From Rhynchopus sp. YZ270_cl-10 (taxonomy: Eukaryota), in NCBI GenBank assembly GCA_964035575.1, contig OZ037848.1:62001-126000 (forward strand): DNA of 64,000 nucleotides, written 5' to 3'. A program made the position numbers and the translations under genes. Every line of letters begins with the position of its first letter. Within the stretch, counting starts at the first letter, position 1. Below, in pieces: positions 37,092 through 47,468 of this stretch. Under the pieces are notes generated by a model. That model saw only the letters and a list, made by a program, of their open reading frames with translations, made no database searches and was not told the DNA's origin.

Positions 37092-40013
37092 ATGAATCTC
37101 TCTCGCGCTGCTCTCAACAAGCTGACCGTGCAGTGTGTTCGTGATGGTGTGCCCCTACATCGTATTGCTGATCATCTACGCGTCATGCTTGAAACTATTC
37201 ATGAAGCTTCTACGGGTTTATCTTTGGATACAAGCAGCATCACCTATTATCGGGTACGTATGTGCATCCTCGAGCACCTTGTCCTCATGGACATGGAGAT
37301 GTTGCTTCGTGTGGGGGAGAGTGCATGTCTGGGCGGCGATAGTGGCCCATTGCCTTGCGGTTTAACCAGTGTTCTTGTCATGGGCCTCACTTTCCTGCAA
37401 GTCAAAAGAGAATGTGGCACTCATGACATACAGTATTACCCGCTATTGACGGCAGTGACGCAACTAAAAACAAATGTTGCCGTACAGAATCACCTTGACG
37501 ATTCACTTCGCTATTTTGCACTGTTGCATCTCTTCCTCGCGGATTCAGGGTTTAACGTGACCGAACCGATATCGCACAAGTTTTCATCCGTCATCAATGA
37601 CCGTGCAATGAAGTCGTTCTCCCGCCAGCTTGTTATTTCGGGTGTAGTGAACTGTGACGTCATGGAACCCGTACATCGTGGGCATCTGCTGGACAAGGCT
37701 GCTATGAAAGACTTGACATACATTGCTATGTTTGTCACTCGTATGTACGAGTTCACAGTGTCGCACAACGGCTTTCGTGTCTGGGTGGAAAAAGAGAAGA
37801 AGGTGCTGTTAGGAAAACTTTTCTTCTATCCTGTAACAGGAGGAAGGTTTTCCTCCATCACTGCAGGAGCATGGACTCTCATGCAGACCGTAGGCGACAC
37901 GAACCTCTTCACTCTGGTGCAAACCTACCTGTCGGAGCGGAGCGCTGTATTGTACTCCAACGACCCCTCAGCCGCCACTAAGATCCCGAACAGGTGGCAC
38001 ACCATGTACACGCACCTGAAAGCACCAGCAACGGCGATGCACATTTCTGTGTATGCTCGTGTTTTTCAAGTGTTCACCTATCCCCTGACACTGCTGACGT
38101 GGTCGATTCCTGAGGGGACCTCCTTGGAGAGCTTTTGGAAGGGGGTAGTGGGAGCGGCAGCAGCAGGAATGGACAAACAACATGCTTGGAAGCAGGAAGT
38201 GGAGGAGGATCTTTTCGGATTAAAGATCCCTATTCGGATTGGTGCCATCTACGTGAAGAGACGCCAGGCGTGCAAAATTAAAATATTGCACACAGACACA
38301 CAAACTGATGCCGTTGAAGAGCTATGGGAGCCTCGTCGCGAAGATGCTCAGGACGGCTACGCGGACGAGCTGCATAAGGTAGTTGCTGCGTTCAGTGGAC
38401 CTTCCCGCACCGAGTTTGATTGGACTCAGGACGGCATGGTGGAGCATGAGCAATGTTTTTGCAGGGTCATTTCAACTTCCCTGTTGAACATCATGGACCG
38501 TGAGTCCCGTTATTTCCGCACAGGGGGCCATGATTCGATTGCTCCGTACGGCGGGAATCCGGCGACGACGGAACGCCCCATTGCGATTTACAAAAAAGTA
38601 ATCGCAGACTCAACAAAGCGGACCTCCGACCACATGCTCCGGGCAATAGGGGCCATCCGTGCGTACTCGCTTAGCGTTCGAGACTCCCTGCAAACGGAGG
38701 CGGTGCGTGCTTTCGCAAAAGTAAAAGCTGCAGAGTTTGACTCAAGCACCGCCAGGAGTTTTAAAAATGGAGAAGCAGTTGAGGCAGAGCTACTGAAGAG
38801 AGGAGAAAAAGCAGAAAAAGCAGAGGCATCCAGGGGGGAAAGAAAGCGGAGGAAGGAGGAACTCGCATCACAAATCACCAAACTAGGGGTTGATGAAATC
38901 ACAAGCGAAGATTCCCTGAAATCCCTCCGTGAACAGTGTTTGGTGAGGTGCTTGAGGAGTGATGGGACAAAGGCGGTTCTCCTGCAAAGGATACAGGAGG
39001 ACGGCCGCAAGGCTTCTGGCGAAACCAAAGAGACTGGAGAGGATGACAATGACACAGATGAGGATGATGAGGGTGATGAGGGTGATGAGGGTGATGAGGG
39101 TGATGAGGACGACTCTTCAGTCGAGTGTCATCAGCCTGGTCTGGTGAATGCGGGTATCACTTGCTTTTTCAATGCCATTATGCAGGCATTGTTCTCATGT
39201 GATTCCTTTAGAGAAGGCATAGAGAACGACGAGGGGGGGACTCCTGTGCAGAAGCAGTTGAGGGCACTGTTTGCCAGGTTGGAGGCAGCGCGACGCAAGG
39301 GAAGTGGCAGTGTGACTCCGTCTGCAATGTTGACTCTCCTCCGGAAGACGGACAGCGTCAAGGAACTAATGTTCCGGGAGTCTGATTGCCAAGAATTCGT
39401 GATGGGTTTGATGTCTGAGCTTTCGTCGGAGATGCATGGCTTCTTCACCGGGTCAATGGTACAGTACAACAGCGGAACCCCGCAGTACAACCCCTTCACT
39501 TTTGACCTTGTCCTCCCCTTATTCTCAAGCGTAGCTGAAAGCGTGCGATCTTTATTCAACCCTCAAGTCCGTGACGACGTCCACACCCATCATTTACAGC
39601 TCCTCACTCCTCCTCCTATACTCGCGCTTTACTTCCAGCGATTCACACGCACTGGGCGAACCACCCATACAAAGAATACTGCGGATGTCGACGTGGATTT
39701 GTCTTTGGATCTGAGCGAACACTGTATCGGGAACCAAGTCGAAGCCGAATACCAGCTTGTGTCGGTGATTGTGCACACCGGCTCTCAGCAATCAGGCCAC
39801 TACTACTCCTGCAATCTTAGGGGGGGTAGGTGGTATTTGATCAACGACAGGGAAACTGAACTCGTCGTTGGACAAGTTTCAGAAAAGACAAAAGGTGCGG
39901 TGATGTGCTTTTACTGCAGGAAAACCATTTCAAGAAGCCAAAGAAAGAGATCAGGGGAAGACATGACTGAGACCCCGTCGCAGCCTACAACAAAAAAAAC
40001 ACGCACACAGTAA
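37092..40013 (+). CDS. hAT-like DDE transposase fused to a SAP domain and a USP (peptidase C19) deubiquitinase (~973 aa)
   Basis: Transposase-like motifs CVRDGVPL, CLGGDSG (D, 37338), SVINDRA (D, 37599), VHRGHLL, GRFSS/NRWHTMY and ATTERPI (E, 38571). SAP: LKSLREQCLVRCLRSDGTKAVLLQRI. USP Cys box GLVNAGITCFFNAIMQAL, DCQEF, PPILALYFQRF, His box VIVHTGSQQSGHYYS..WYLIND. USP is near certain; the transposase call is by motif. Confidence 0.8.
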   Translation: MNLSRAALNKLTVQCVRDGVPLHRIADHLRVMLETIHEASTGLSLDTSSITYYRVRMCILEHLVLMDMEMLLRVGESACLGGDSGPLPCGLTSVLVMGLTFLQVKRECGTHDIQYYPLLTAVTQLKTNVAVQNHLDDSLRYFALLHLFLADSGFNVTEPISHKFSSVINDRAMKSFSRQLVISGVVNCDVMEPVHRGHLLDKAAMKDLTYIAMFVTRMYEFTVSHNGFRVWVEKEKKVLLGKLFFYPVTGGRFSSITAGAWTLMQTVGDTNLFTLVQTYLSERSAVLYSNDPSAATKIPNRWHTMYTHLKAPATAMHISVYARVFQVFTYPLTLLTWSIPEGTSLESFWKGVVGAAAAGMDKQHAWKQEVEEDLFGLKIPIRIGAIYVKRRQACKIKILHTDTQTDAVEELWEPRREDAQDGYADELHKVVAAFSGPSRTEFDWTQDGMVEHEQCFCRVISTSLLNIMDRESRYFRTGGHDSIAPYGGNPATTERPIAIYKKVIADSTKRTSDHMLRAIGAIRAYSLSVRDSLQTEAVRAFAKVKAAEFDSSTARSFKNGEAVEAELLKRGEKAEKAEASRGERKRRKEELASQITKLGVDEITSEDSLKSLREQCLVRCLRSDGTKAVLLQRIQEDGRKASGETKETGEDDNDTDEDDEGDEGDEGDEGDEDDSSVECHQPGLVNAGITCFFNAIMQALFSCDSFREGIENDEGGTPVQKQLRALFARLEAARRKGSGSVTPSAMLTLLRKTDSVKELMFRESDCQEFVMGLMSELSSEMHGFFTGSMVQYNSGTPQYNPFTFDLVLPLFSSVAESVRSLFNPQVRDDVHTHHLQLLTPPPILALYFQRFTRTGRTTHTKNTADVDVDLSLDLSEHCIGNQVEAEYQLVSVIVHTGSQQSGHYYSCNLRGGRWYLINDRETELVVGQVSEKTKGAVMCFYCRKTISRSQRKRSGEDMTETPSQPTTKKTRTQ

Positions 40014-40810
40014 AATTTCTCTTTCCAAAACATTACTGATTTGAGACATGTTTCCCCACCCATTTTTCCGTGTAACCTTCTCCTCACACGAGTTCCATCA
40101 ACCATCAGCGTCTTTCGGGTTTTCCCGTGTTCGCATTGTTTTTCCTTTTTCCTGCCCCCAGTGCAAAGTGCCCCCCCCCCCCCCCCAAAAAAAAATAAAA
40201 AATAAAGAATAAAATATAGTGGACCACACTCTAGGGTGGCTACACTAATACAACCAAGTTTTCAAAAAAAAAAAAAAAAAAAAAAGAAAGAAAGAAGAAA
40301 AAAGGATGACAGTGGGACAGTGGAGCTTGCACGCGTGGCAAGCAACTGCACTATTCCAACAATTTTTATAAAAAGAAAAAGCGAAGTCACCACACGTTGT
40401 CAATTTATCAAAAAAAGGGTGGGCGGGTGAAGGGAAAAATTGCGCAGCTGATGCTGCACGATAACGGTTGTGACAGGGTTCTGAGCACGTCGAGGCTCGG
40501 TGAATCTTCTAAAATTTTTGTTATGCAAATGGGGGTGATTTGGGGTCTTTTTTTTCAGGATCTTCAAATCACCCCATATTAGTATTATTTTGGATTATAA
40601 TATTGAGTCAATTGTTTTAGGTAAGAATCTTAGGTAGTCGAAAAAAAAGTAAAGTTATAAAATACTCTGCACTCCAGCACAGGCATCTTTTAAAAAAAAA
40701 AAAATACAAAATCTTGTTTCTTTGTTTCGTGTTGTTATGCATGCATCGCGCCACACCCCCCCTCCCCTCCCCTCCCCTACCCTGCCCTTCCCTAACCAGA
40801 AAATAAGATA

Positions 40811-41665
40811 ATGACAGAACATACGGTCACACTGAAGGTGTCGTTCCAGGAAGGGGTGCCTGGCTGCAAGCACGAAATCTTCTCCTTCTTTGAGGATGAC
40901 ATCCCAGTTGTTTTGGATGCCCTCACGCGCGCTGCGTTTAAGTTGGGAAACATCCTCAGGAAGGCAAACAACCAACGCTGTAAGCCTATGAAGAAAGTGG
41001 ACCTGTCGTACAGGGTCCCGGCAGAGATGCGGGATGCGGACGACGACGAGGACAAGGGGCTGAGGTCGCTCCACGAAGAGCAGTGTCTGCGCAATCTCGT
41101 CCGCTCACGGGCTAAGCAGGTCGTAGCAGTCATCGGAACCACGAAGCCACGCCCAAAGAAAGCCGCCGCCAGAATGCAAAAACCATGGGAACTTTTGAGG
41201 GACAAACTTGCCACCACAAACAGTCTGGGAAACGCTTTTTCCATGTCTCCGACAGGGACCGTCAAGTGCAAGGGTAAGGATTGCACCTTCCAGTGTGTGT
41301 TCACCGCAGATGATCCTGATAGGCACAGGCTACACCCCTTCTACCGACACGTTTGTGACTGTAAGGCCGCACAAGCCGCCGTCGGGGCGGATGACTTTTT
41401 GATCATCCAAACTGCGCGCAACAAGGCCTTGGCGTCTTCAAAAAGAGGGAAGGTAAAAGAGAAGGATGACGCGGAGAAAGGGGATGAGGAGGAAGACCGC
41501 CTGAGGCACCAGCAGCAAAGCCAAACTCTCACGTTTTTTGGCTTTACGCCACCCATAAGGAAGGATTCCCCGAACAAAGATTCAAAGAAAGGAACAAAGA
41601 GGGAAGCCCCCGCAGACCCGGTTGGGGAGACAACGAAGAGGGCTAAGCTAGTCATTGGTGATTGA
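40811..41665 (+). CDS. Element ORF2, 284 aa: putative C2HC/BED-like zinc finger, possible PB1-like N-terminus, basic C-terminal NLS
   Basis: VKCKGKDC...FYRHVCDC, acidic YRVPAEMRDADDDED, QSQTLTFFGF (PIP-like, non-canonical), KKGTKR...KRAK. Present in both palindrome arms. Confidence 0.65.
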   Translation: MTEHTVTLKVSFQEGVPGCKHEIFSFFEDDIPVVLDALTRAAFKLGNILRKANNQRCKPMKKVDLSYRVPAEMRDADDDEDKGLRSLHEEQCLRNLVRSRAKQVVAVIGTTKPRPKKAAARMQKPWELLRDKLATTNSLGNAFSMSPTGTVKCKGKDCTFQCVFTADDPDRHRLHPFYRHVCDCKAAQAAVGADDFLIIQTARNKALASSKRGKVKEKDDAEKGDEEEDRLRHQQQSQTLTFFGFTPPIRKDSPNKDSKKGTKREAPADPVGETTKRAKLVIGD

Positions 41666-44600
41666 TGACTAGCTTAACCTGCCGGGAATGGGAGGCTCCG
41701 TTTAGGAAAATCGGGTGGAAAAAGAATCAAATTTAGGGAATTTTGGAAAAAATTTTCACAAAATATGACCCATACTCCTACCAAGGGGCGTTTTCAGTCT
41801 AAAAACCCAAATTCAGATGAAATTGTGATGTTTGTGACTTCAGTCTGGCAGGGTCGGTCAGACTACCATGTATGGAGGGGGTAAACTGAGAGGATCAAGA
41901 ATAAAGAGAGGGGGTCATTTGCAGTTACGAATTGTCGCTTGTTCCTATCCTATTCCTTCACACTTCCACTACCCCAACAGGTTCACAGAAGTAAAATGAT
42001 ATAAAACCGCTCACCAACCTGTCGAGCGATGGTTGCTCTGGACGTGACATGCACGTTAAAGTCGATTCCCACGATGCATCGAAGTGTATGTCAAATGCCC
42101 CACCATTATTATCTTGACTGAACGTACAACCCTTTACAACCCGTTGTGTCCCACGAAGATGACACAACCCCCTTGTCTATTTGTTAGTTGCACACTCAAC
42201 CCATCTTTCAGATTCGACAAGCCGGAAACATGAATGCTGCTTCTCGTGGCTTGGTGTTGCAATAGAAGTAACCATACACTCTGGAGACGTCAAGTTGGTG
42301 CACCGCAGCTCAAGCACCAGCAACTGTACAATAAATCACCCATTTCTAGCGATCAGCACCGATTACCACCGATGACCACCGATCACGCACCGATCAGCAC
42401 CGATCAGCACCGATCAGCACCGCTCACACACCAATCACCACCAATCACCACCGATCACCACCGATCACCACCGATCACCACCGATCACGCACCGATCAGC
42501 ACCGATCACCATCGATCACCATCGATCACCACCGATCACCACCGAACACCACCGATCACCACCGACCACGCACCGATCACCATCGATCACCACCGATCAC
42601 CACCGATCACCACCGATCACCATCGATCACCATCGATCACCACCGATCACCACCGGCCAAGGCCGGCGTCAATCAGCCTAATAGTGCATCGTTCGTTGTG
42701 CCACGTTCTCGCAAAAAAAAAAGAAGAAAAAAACTCCCCCTTTTTTGTCCATCACTACACACCAACCGGGTAAAGATCTGTACTCAATTTCAGCCGAAGC
42801 CTATGTACTGCAAAAGGTACAGGACGCAGGTCATCAACCCTTAAGAGCAACTTTTGTTTTTTTCTTGGAATGGAACCAGGATGATATAAAAAATAAACGG
42901 GTCAAAACTCATCATCTTCACCGCATTCGTTAAAAACACGGTCTTCGTTGCACCGTTACGTTGTTGTAATTTTGACATACGTGAGAAAAATGGAGGGTTT
43001 CCGCCCCAGGCAGTGTGTGAGGATGATTTAATATATGGTTACGTGGTTGTACTCCTCACTCCCCCCGTTTGTAAGGAGGGCGAGTGGAGACTTGATATCG
43101 ACTAGGGGGAAACCGGGTGGGAGTGGGTAGGGTGGGTGAAAATAACAATGGAAAAATATGCATGTGCAAAAGAGCCAAACAAAATAAAAAAAACAAACAG
43201 GAGAACATTCGGTAAGATGATAGCAAAGTGCTTTTGTCACCATTTTATTGAGAAAAACCATAATAGACAACACTAACGAGATTTGTACGTTTCAGTACGG
43301 ACAAAAAATAGCAAATAACTCTCGGTCACATTTACAACTTAAAAAATGAAACTTGGGTGAGCAGGAGAAAAAGAGGAGCAAGCGTTCCCTTTTTTTTGAG
43401 CGAAGGGAGTACAAAAATACAAAAAATATAAACGAGTTGGTGTATTGAAACTCCTCCGATAGTCACTGACCGCTCTGTGAAAAAAAAGCACAAAAAAGAA
43501 AAAAGAAAAAAGAAAAAGAAAGAACCTGAAAGATGAACATGCCTCGTTCGGCACACCTAAAGTGAAAAATAAAAAGAGTGAAAAAAAAAACTTGTTTAGA
43601 TGAATAAAGCCTTACATGAGCTTCGATCTCTCAAGTTTTATTTTTGTTCAAATGAGACAATAAAGAGAATCTACAGTTGAAGGGTTTGAAATTTTTAAGA
43701 GTTCCTACGGGAGAGAATAAAAAGAAAAGACTGTACTGTAAGATGATACCAATTAAGCCCTATGTTTGCTTACTAGTAACTCACCTTACAGAAAGAAAGG
43801 AGAAAACTAGGAGTGAAATCTTTACCCACACTTCAAGGAATTAAAAAAAAACCTACCCATGCATGCCAACGTACAATGCCAGCCATCCGGATGAAAGCAG
43901 AATGCTTTCGGAGGGTTTTTATGCAGGTCCACCCTACCCTGCAAAAAAGCTTGATTTAAAAACACCGCCATTTTCATTCAAAATAATTGGGGGGAAAAAT
44001 AGAGCTTTTTTTTTCATAGTACATTGACATGTAGGCCCCCCCCACCCACCCCCCTCCCGTTTTCTCCCTGCCGATGAATGATGATATGCTGTGATGACCT
44101 GTACCTATCCCCTAATAAAATAACACCTTTTTAATTCTACACCATTTTTTCTGATAGAAATCAGGGGTTTTGCACAAAAAGAGTACGTCCCTTTAACAAA
44201 AAAAAACAAAACAGAATACTCACAGAAGGATACTGTTTTATCAGAATTAACCCGAAATTCACGCACAATGTTATGGGCAATACACTACCGCGCAGGAATT
44301 ACCCAAAAACCGATTTCAAAACGCAATGCGTTAAAAGCACTCCCATTTCGTCTGTTTTGGAAATAAATGACATTGTGGATACTACCCATCATCCATTTTA
44401 CAACAAGAACAGCAAAAGGTGGCAAAAAAACAATAAAATAACAAAGTGACGAAGATGAACCTAAATCCTCCCCTGCTGGGTTAGTCACCTTTAAAGGAAT
44501 ATTGTTACGATGGTGCCTTCGGAAGTCGGTCAGCGACCTGTCAATATCGACCCCTCCCGAGCACCATGCGAGAAAAAAAAAAGTGCGCTTGTGGAAAAAG

Positions 44601-44756
44601 TGAGACAGCCCCGAAAAATAGGGGGCTGAGTTCACACTCTAACAAAAGGGGGTTTTGGATCGACAATATGATAAAAAGGGGGGAGTTGAATATGCGCTGC
44701 AAGCGCACACATCTGTTTTGTAAGAAAAATTTTTTTTGTTTTTTGTGTCGACAATC

Positions 44757-45391
44757 CAGGGTATTAGGGTGAAAATCCAAAATCCCGGAAAAAACTGGTT
44801 TTTCTGGTTTTCTCTCCTGGGCGGCAAAAACTAGTGTTTCTGGCGAAAACCTCCACCGTTGACGGACACAGTCACCCCTTTCGGGTTTTTCGGGGGTGGG
44901 GTCAGTGTCTTATCCAGGAATCCGATTTCAAAATATTTTTCGGCGCTGCTGACCCAGGGTAGACATTGGGAACATAGGGACTGCATTTTTTTGCGGAGCA
45001 AAAAAATAATATAAAATGGCGCCGCAGGCGAAAATTTTTTGAGGGTACGGTGTAAAAATCTAGCTTTTTACACCACAGAGCCACTCAAACGAACCCTTTT
45101 TTACGGAGCAAAAAATGAAAAATTGCGCCGCAGGCAAAAAATTATCAAGGAACAGCCATTTCCCAAAGGCACTCCCGTGGTTCAACCACGGTTCTACCAG
45201 GCGGGGAAAAAATGCGGGGAAAAAAATCGAGTCCGCCCTAATCTGGGGACGACATTTACAGAAAGGCCTGGTGAAAAGTGTCGGTTTTTTTTCCCCCTCC
45301 AGATTTCTCTGTTTTTTTTTTTTTTTTTGAAAACCAGTTTTTGGAAAAACTGGTTTTGAAAACCAGTTTTTTTAACCACCCTAATACCCTG
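44757..45391. mobile_element. hAT-type MITE, 635 bp
   Basis: 15-bp TIR cagggtattagggtg / caccctaataccctg. 8-bp TSD cgacaatc at 44749-56 and 45392-99. Confidence 0.92.
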
Positions 45392-46276
45392 CGACAATCA
45401 CCTAAGAACCCTTAGGGATAAAAGGGTCTGTACTCAATGTTGGCCGAAGCCTTCTTCAATATTGTCCTAATGCGCTATACACTCTCAGTAGTATTACATA
45501 AAAGAAAGCAATGCTGAGAGGAGGTATTCCACAAAGGGTCAGCCCAAGCAAGGGGCGGATTTTGCCTGGGGATGTTTTCACTGTGATGTACACACATGTG
45601 TACACCTCAAGTTGGCCAGAGCACGCCAAAAGGAATTATTCAAATCACTGAAATAGCCGAAAAAAATACACACGCACACCTCACTCCATCAACAGTGCTG
45701 GGGGGGGGCCCGGGGGGGGGGGGGGGGGGGAGAAAAGATCGCTCTGATTTCATTCGGAGCTCAGTGTTCTGACGCTGGCCTTTTTCGTTGGCAGGGCGGC
45801 TTCGCACATCCACACATTTGCACACGGATGTTTTTTTTCACAAAAAAAAATGGGTTTGGGAGGGGAACATGTTATAAGATTAAATGAAAGGCAAGCGCAC
45901 TCATATTTTTTAGCTAAAAAAAATCACAGCTAAAAAAAAACCATAAAAATATTTTCTGTGCACAGAAGGATTTGTGTGCTTTGGAAGTGACAGAGAAATA
46001 TAAATCAAAGGAAACGAAGCACGGACCTTTCTCGTGTATCGGGTAGCATAAGTTTTTAAAAATGGTTCTCGTTTTTTTTTGGGGGATCCGGAAGAAAAAG
46101 TTTTTTGCGAGATAACCTAAGCTCCGCACGCTTAGTCACTTAGCACCTTCACAATACAAAGCATTGGTCTGCCAGTACCTCCCTCCTTTTCATTGAGGGA
46201 TTACAATTAAAAAAATCGTCCACTTTCCATTCTCTGAAAAGGCAGGAAAAAAGAATGTCAAATTATCAAAAAAAAA

Positions 46277-46715
46277 ACAAGTAATTGCTATCGGAAAAAA
46301 AACGGGGTGTGGTGGAACTCCATCCTGTAGAAATAATCTACAACACGCCCAGCATTCTGCTCTTCTGCAGGTATGCTAACGCTCTTCGTACGCTGCCAGA
46401 CCCACTGGGACGCCAGCATCTGAAACGTTCAAGAAGGGGGGCTGTCCTCTTCGTCCAGCACCATCTGCTCGATAGCGTTGTTGGACGCCCGCTCGGCAGG
46501 CTCGGCGTGGTCCAGCTCGTTTTTGCCCACAGGCTCCCCACATTGTCGTCGTCGTTGGAGCAGTGCGGAAGGAACACAGAATGCACAGACTACAACACAT
46601 CGATCACACCAGGCGCATCAGCACCTCCAGCAAATCGCCAGGATGCTACGGTGGTTTCGAAAATCGCGCGGAGTTTTCCACAGCACACCCCGTTTTTTTC
46701 TTAGCAATTACTTGT
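46277..46715. mobile_element. Possible Pack-type element: imperfect ~45-bp inverted repeats around a coding-like fragment
   Basis: acaagtaattgcta..aaaacggggtgtggtggaa vs ttccacagcacaccccgtttt..tagcaattacttgt. No TSD resolved. Confidence 0.45.
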
Positions 46716-46821
46716 CCTTGTTGTTATTGTTGTTTTCAACCACCTTCCTTCAACCCTTGTAGGATCAGTTGTTATTTTTTTCGCGAAAACATGAAATTAC
46801 ACATTTCAAGAGAACAAATTA

Positions 46822-47345
46822 AAAAGGGTCCTTATTTGCATTTTTGGGCTCCGCCCGTGCAGTGGTGGGGTCAATCTCGAAAATTGGACAATTTTTTGAT
46901 CACTTAAATTTTGAGAAATATGAGCCCGGTTCCTTATACGTGGGGCCCATTTTTGGCTAAAATTTTCCTCAAAATCTGGTTTTGTAAAATTGACCCTTTA
47001 CTCCCCCCCCACATCGATTTCAATACTATACCTTACTTCACCTACGGTTACCCTTACAGGGGGGTGAAGGAAGGTAAGTTGAAAAGGGTCCTTATTTGCA
47101 TTTTTGGGCTCCGCCCGTGCAGTGGTGGGGTCAATCTCGAAAATTGGACAATTTTTTGATCACTTAAATTTTGAGAAATATGAGCCCGGTTCCTTATACG
47201 TGGGGCCCATTTTTGGCTAAAATTTTCCTCAAAATCTGGTTTTGTAAAATTGACCCTTTACTCCCCCCCCACATCGATTTCAATACTATACCTTACTTCA
47301 CCTACGGTTACCCTTACAGGGGGGTGAAGGAAGGTAAGTTGAAAA
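46822..47345. repeat. Perfect 260-bp tandem duplication
   Basis: aaaagggtccttatttgc... starts at 46822 and 47082 and the copies read identically. Confidence 0.95.
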
Positions 47346-47468
47346 CAAAATACAACAAAAACTCCCCATCAGCAAGAATGAAGCTGAGTGCTTCTGACTG
47401 GCTCCCTGTGTTGGTTTCCCCTCCCCCCTTCCCTCCTCCCTTCCCCCATATCAATACTCTCGTTACAC

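Larger units (their letters stand above)
30045..42680. mobile_element. 12.6-kb hAT-like DNA transposon with an internal palindromic duplication, encoding a transposase-SAP-USP fusion and a zinc-finger ORF
   Basis: TIR taggctgattgacgYcgg (17/18). TSD atagt at 30040-44 and 42681-85. (caccaccgat)n subterminal arrays at ~30108-30445 and ~42350-42655. Confidence 0.85.

Noticed and set aside
30557..41681. Palindrome as an amplification or foldback chimera
   Set aside because: The arms differ by multiple substitutions, indels, a 270-bp duplication and MITE insertions, so this is unlikely, though not excluded without reads
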